64,000 nucleotides of DNA from the NCBI GenBank assembly GCA_036172245.1, contig JAYWIR010000049.1, forward strand, positions 682,001 through 746,000. Reading direction: 5' to 3'. The notes below the pieces were generated by a model. It made no database searches, was not told the DNA's origin, and saw only the letters and a program-made list of their open reading frames with translations. The position numbers and the translations under genes are program-made. This document shows positions 62,024 through 64,000 of this stretch, piece after piece. Source of the DNA: Raillietiella orientalis. Its lineage: Eukaryota. How positions within the stretch are numbered: position 1 is the stretch's first letter; each line of letters opens with the position of its first letter.

Positions 62024-64000
62024 CTGCAAAGAGAGGGGAGGGGACAGGACCCCGGGTGAGTCTCTTGAAGGTCAAATCCGGAGTGCGCGCGCGCGCGCGC
62101 GCTCCGCCTGAGAGAGGCCCGGCAGGCTCAGCCAGCCGAGGGCGGGAAAGGAGGGGGGAAGCGCACAGACTTTCCTGAAAGACCAAGCGGTCGTGGGCGG
62201 TCTGCGAGTTCTTTCCGGAAGCAACCGGGAGGAACTCGCGAGGCAACTAGGTGGCGGGAAGCGCCCTTCCCTGATCGGAAGGTTCCTCTCTGATTTGCAG
62301 TGCGGGAAGGGATGAAGTGGGAGAGGACGAGAGGGCAGAAGGGGGATTGGGGAAGGTCAATCCTACGATCCCGGTAAGGAAGAACGGCGCGCCGTTTCCG
62401 TTTCAGGCAAGGACAGTGCCATCCCTCTTCTTCCTCTGAAACTCGTGGTGCTTAGGGTTCGGCAGGAGCGGCCGGGCACTCCACTGCTACTCTCCCGGAC
62501 CCTCCGATGAGACACGGCCAGAAACTGAGCGCGCCAGAGAACAGCCTCCCCGCCTCCGAGACGACCTTCCTCGCCGCGCGGGAAAGGCAAGCGTGTAGGC
62601 GGGCGATCCCTGGGCGCCGCACGCCCCATGCAAGATCCTTCCGCGCGATCCGGAAGAATGCGAAGAGCTGCTTCGTCAGATCACAGCTACGCAAGGGCCT
62701 CTTCTGGGGTGCGGAGGGAAAAAAGGGTCGTTCCCGCTGCCCTCCGTTGGCGTCTTTTCCGTATTCCCAGGCGCTCCCCTCGTCGAAGAGGTTTCCACGA
62801 TTGTGAGCGCGCTTCCTGCAGACGGAGGCCGCTACTGTGAAGGGAAAGCGAGAAAGAAAGGAGAGAGGAAGGCGGAGGGGAAATCGCAGTGGACATCGGC
62901 TCCCCCGTCAGTCCATCCCACTCCATCTGAACGCGGAGGGGGAGCGAGTGATGGGAACATCAAAAGAACGGGGAGGAAAGGAAACTCGCGAGGGAGGAAG
63001 AAGTCGCCTGGAAACGGGCCGGGAGAGGCTGCCCCGTCCCTGGCTCCCGAGTCAAACCCCCAAGCGAAATTTCCGGAGAGAGGCAGTCGCAGGAGAATGG
63101 ACTACGGGTCGGCGGCATTTCTCCTGCAATCCCCAGGGAGGCGGACCGTGAGTTCTGTGGAACGACCGGCTCCTCGCTGGTCCACGTGGGACCTCTGGGG
63201 AACTCCGCAGCCTTAAAAGTGCGCCATCCAAGCTTCCGCGTCCGAGGATGCTGCCTCATGGAGCACCGCCATTTGTAAGCAGCGGTCTGATGGCTGTAAT
63301 CCGCTGCATCCTTCTCCCCTACTCTCCCTATGACATCCATCTCGACTCGGAGCGCTCCCCGATTCATCCTACAGGGTAGAGGGGGTGGTGATCTCTCAGA
63401 AAGATCGTGAAGGTGGGGATAGGGGATGAAGGGATGTCCTTTAGTGGGATGTGGCCCAGCCCGTCGTCTCTTCCAGAATCCTCGGTCGCGGAGCGCAGCT
63501 ACCCCCTCCCTTGTCTCCGGGAGGTCGTTCCCTTGCGCCCTTGTACTCCTCAGGCCAGACGTCTGAATTAAACGTTGCGCGCACGGCGGAGATGTGCTCT
63601 CTCTGCGCGTCACTTCTGGAAGGCTCCGGACTCCTAGATGGTAAAAGGAGTCATGCATGGCTCGCGCGTGCCTTTCTCCTGGACGCTTCGATCCATTTCC
63701 GCCCGTCGCCGCTCGCCCTCCAACGGGCGCCGCGCCTGCTTCTGCACAGACCGAAAAGGCGTGCGCGACGACTTTTCGCGGAGACCAGAAGCCCCCACCT
63801 CCAACCCTCCTCAAAAAAAAAAACGAAAAAAAAAGAATAAATAAATAGGTGAGTAATGGACATGCAGGAGTGGCTGGATGATGCAGGAACGATGCCGACT
63901 CGGGTACGCCAAGAAGACTCAGAGCTCGAGAGGAGTGAACCATCCCGCTCGACCAGATGATTCCCTGCGCACTCCATCGCGTTTTCCGCCCGAGGAGGAG

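Noticed and set aside
46500..64000. Many long overlapping ORFs (such as 51276-52124, 58433-59311, 62960-63943)
   Set aside because: Low-complexity Arg/Gly/Pro/Ser translations on both strands, expected in GC-rich DNA. No recognisable domains, and the real exons here are the short complexin ones.
1..64000. CRISPR arrays, rRNA, intact tRNA or snRNA genes, prokaryotic operons
   Set aside because: None seen. The window is intron-containing animal DNA, and the frequent poly-A/T/G runs are simple repeats.

Overview
Eukaryotic genomic DNA, almost certainly from an arthropod (it carries a CSP/OS-D chemosensory protein gene). Four protein-coding genes can be rebuilt by hand with GT-AG introns: a two-exon chemosensory protein (3414-3870, -); a complete 33-exon DNA polymerase epsilon catalytic subunit (POLE, 21406-33307, +, 2230 aa) with mostly 42-56 nt introns; diphthine methyl ester synthase (DPH5, 33424-40869, +, 269 aa), starting only 116 nt after the POLE stop; and the last two coding exons of complexin (58741-62023, -), ending in the prenylation motif CCVQ. 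Intergenic DNA holds decayed non-LTR retrotransposon 3' fragments (L1/Tx1-like zinc-finger ends, one NeSL/Utopia-like RLE end), three copies of a tRNA-headed SINE-like family, a tRNA-Val pseudogene and a possible endogenous viral fragment. Best leads: the POLE-DPH5 junction, which has almost no room for a promoter but has an orphan splice acceptor (possible operon, trans-splicing or shared promoter); a chimeric LINE+SINE insertion between 81-bp direct repeats; a hairpin-rich SINE with a degenerate antisense hammerhead-like core; and the CCaX tail and candidate alternative last exons of complexin. All identifications are from motif recall and manual reading; no searches were run. Most ORF-track entries beyond 41 kb are GC-rich noise.
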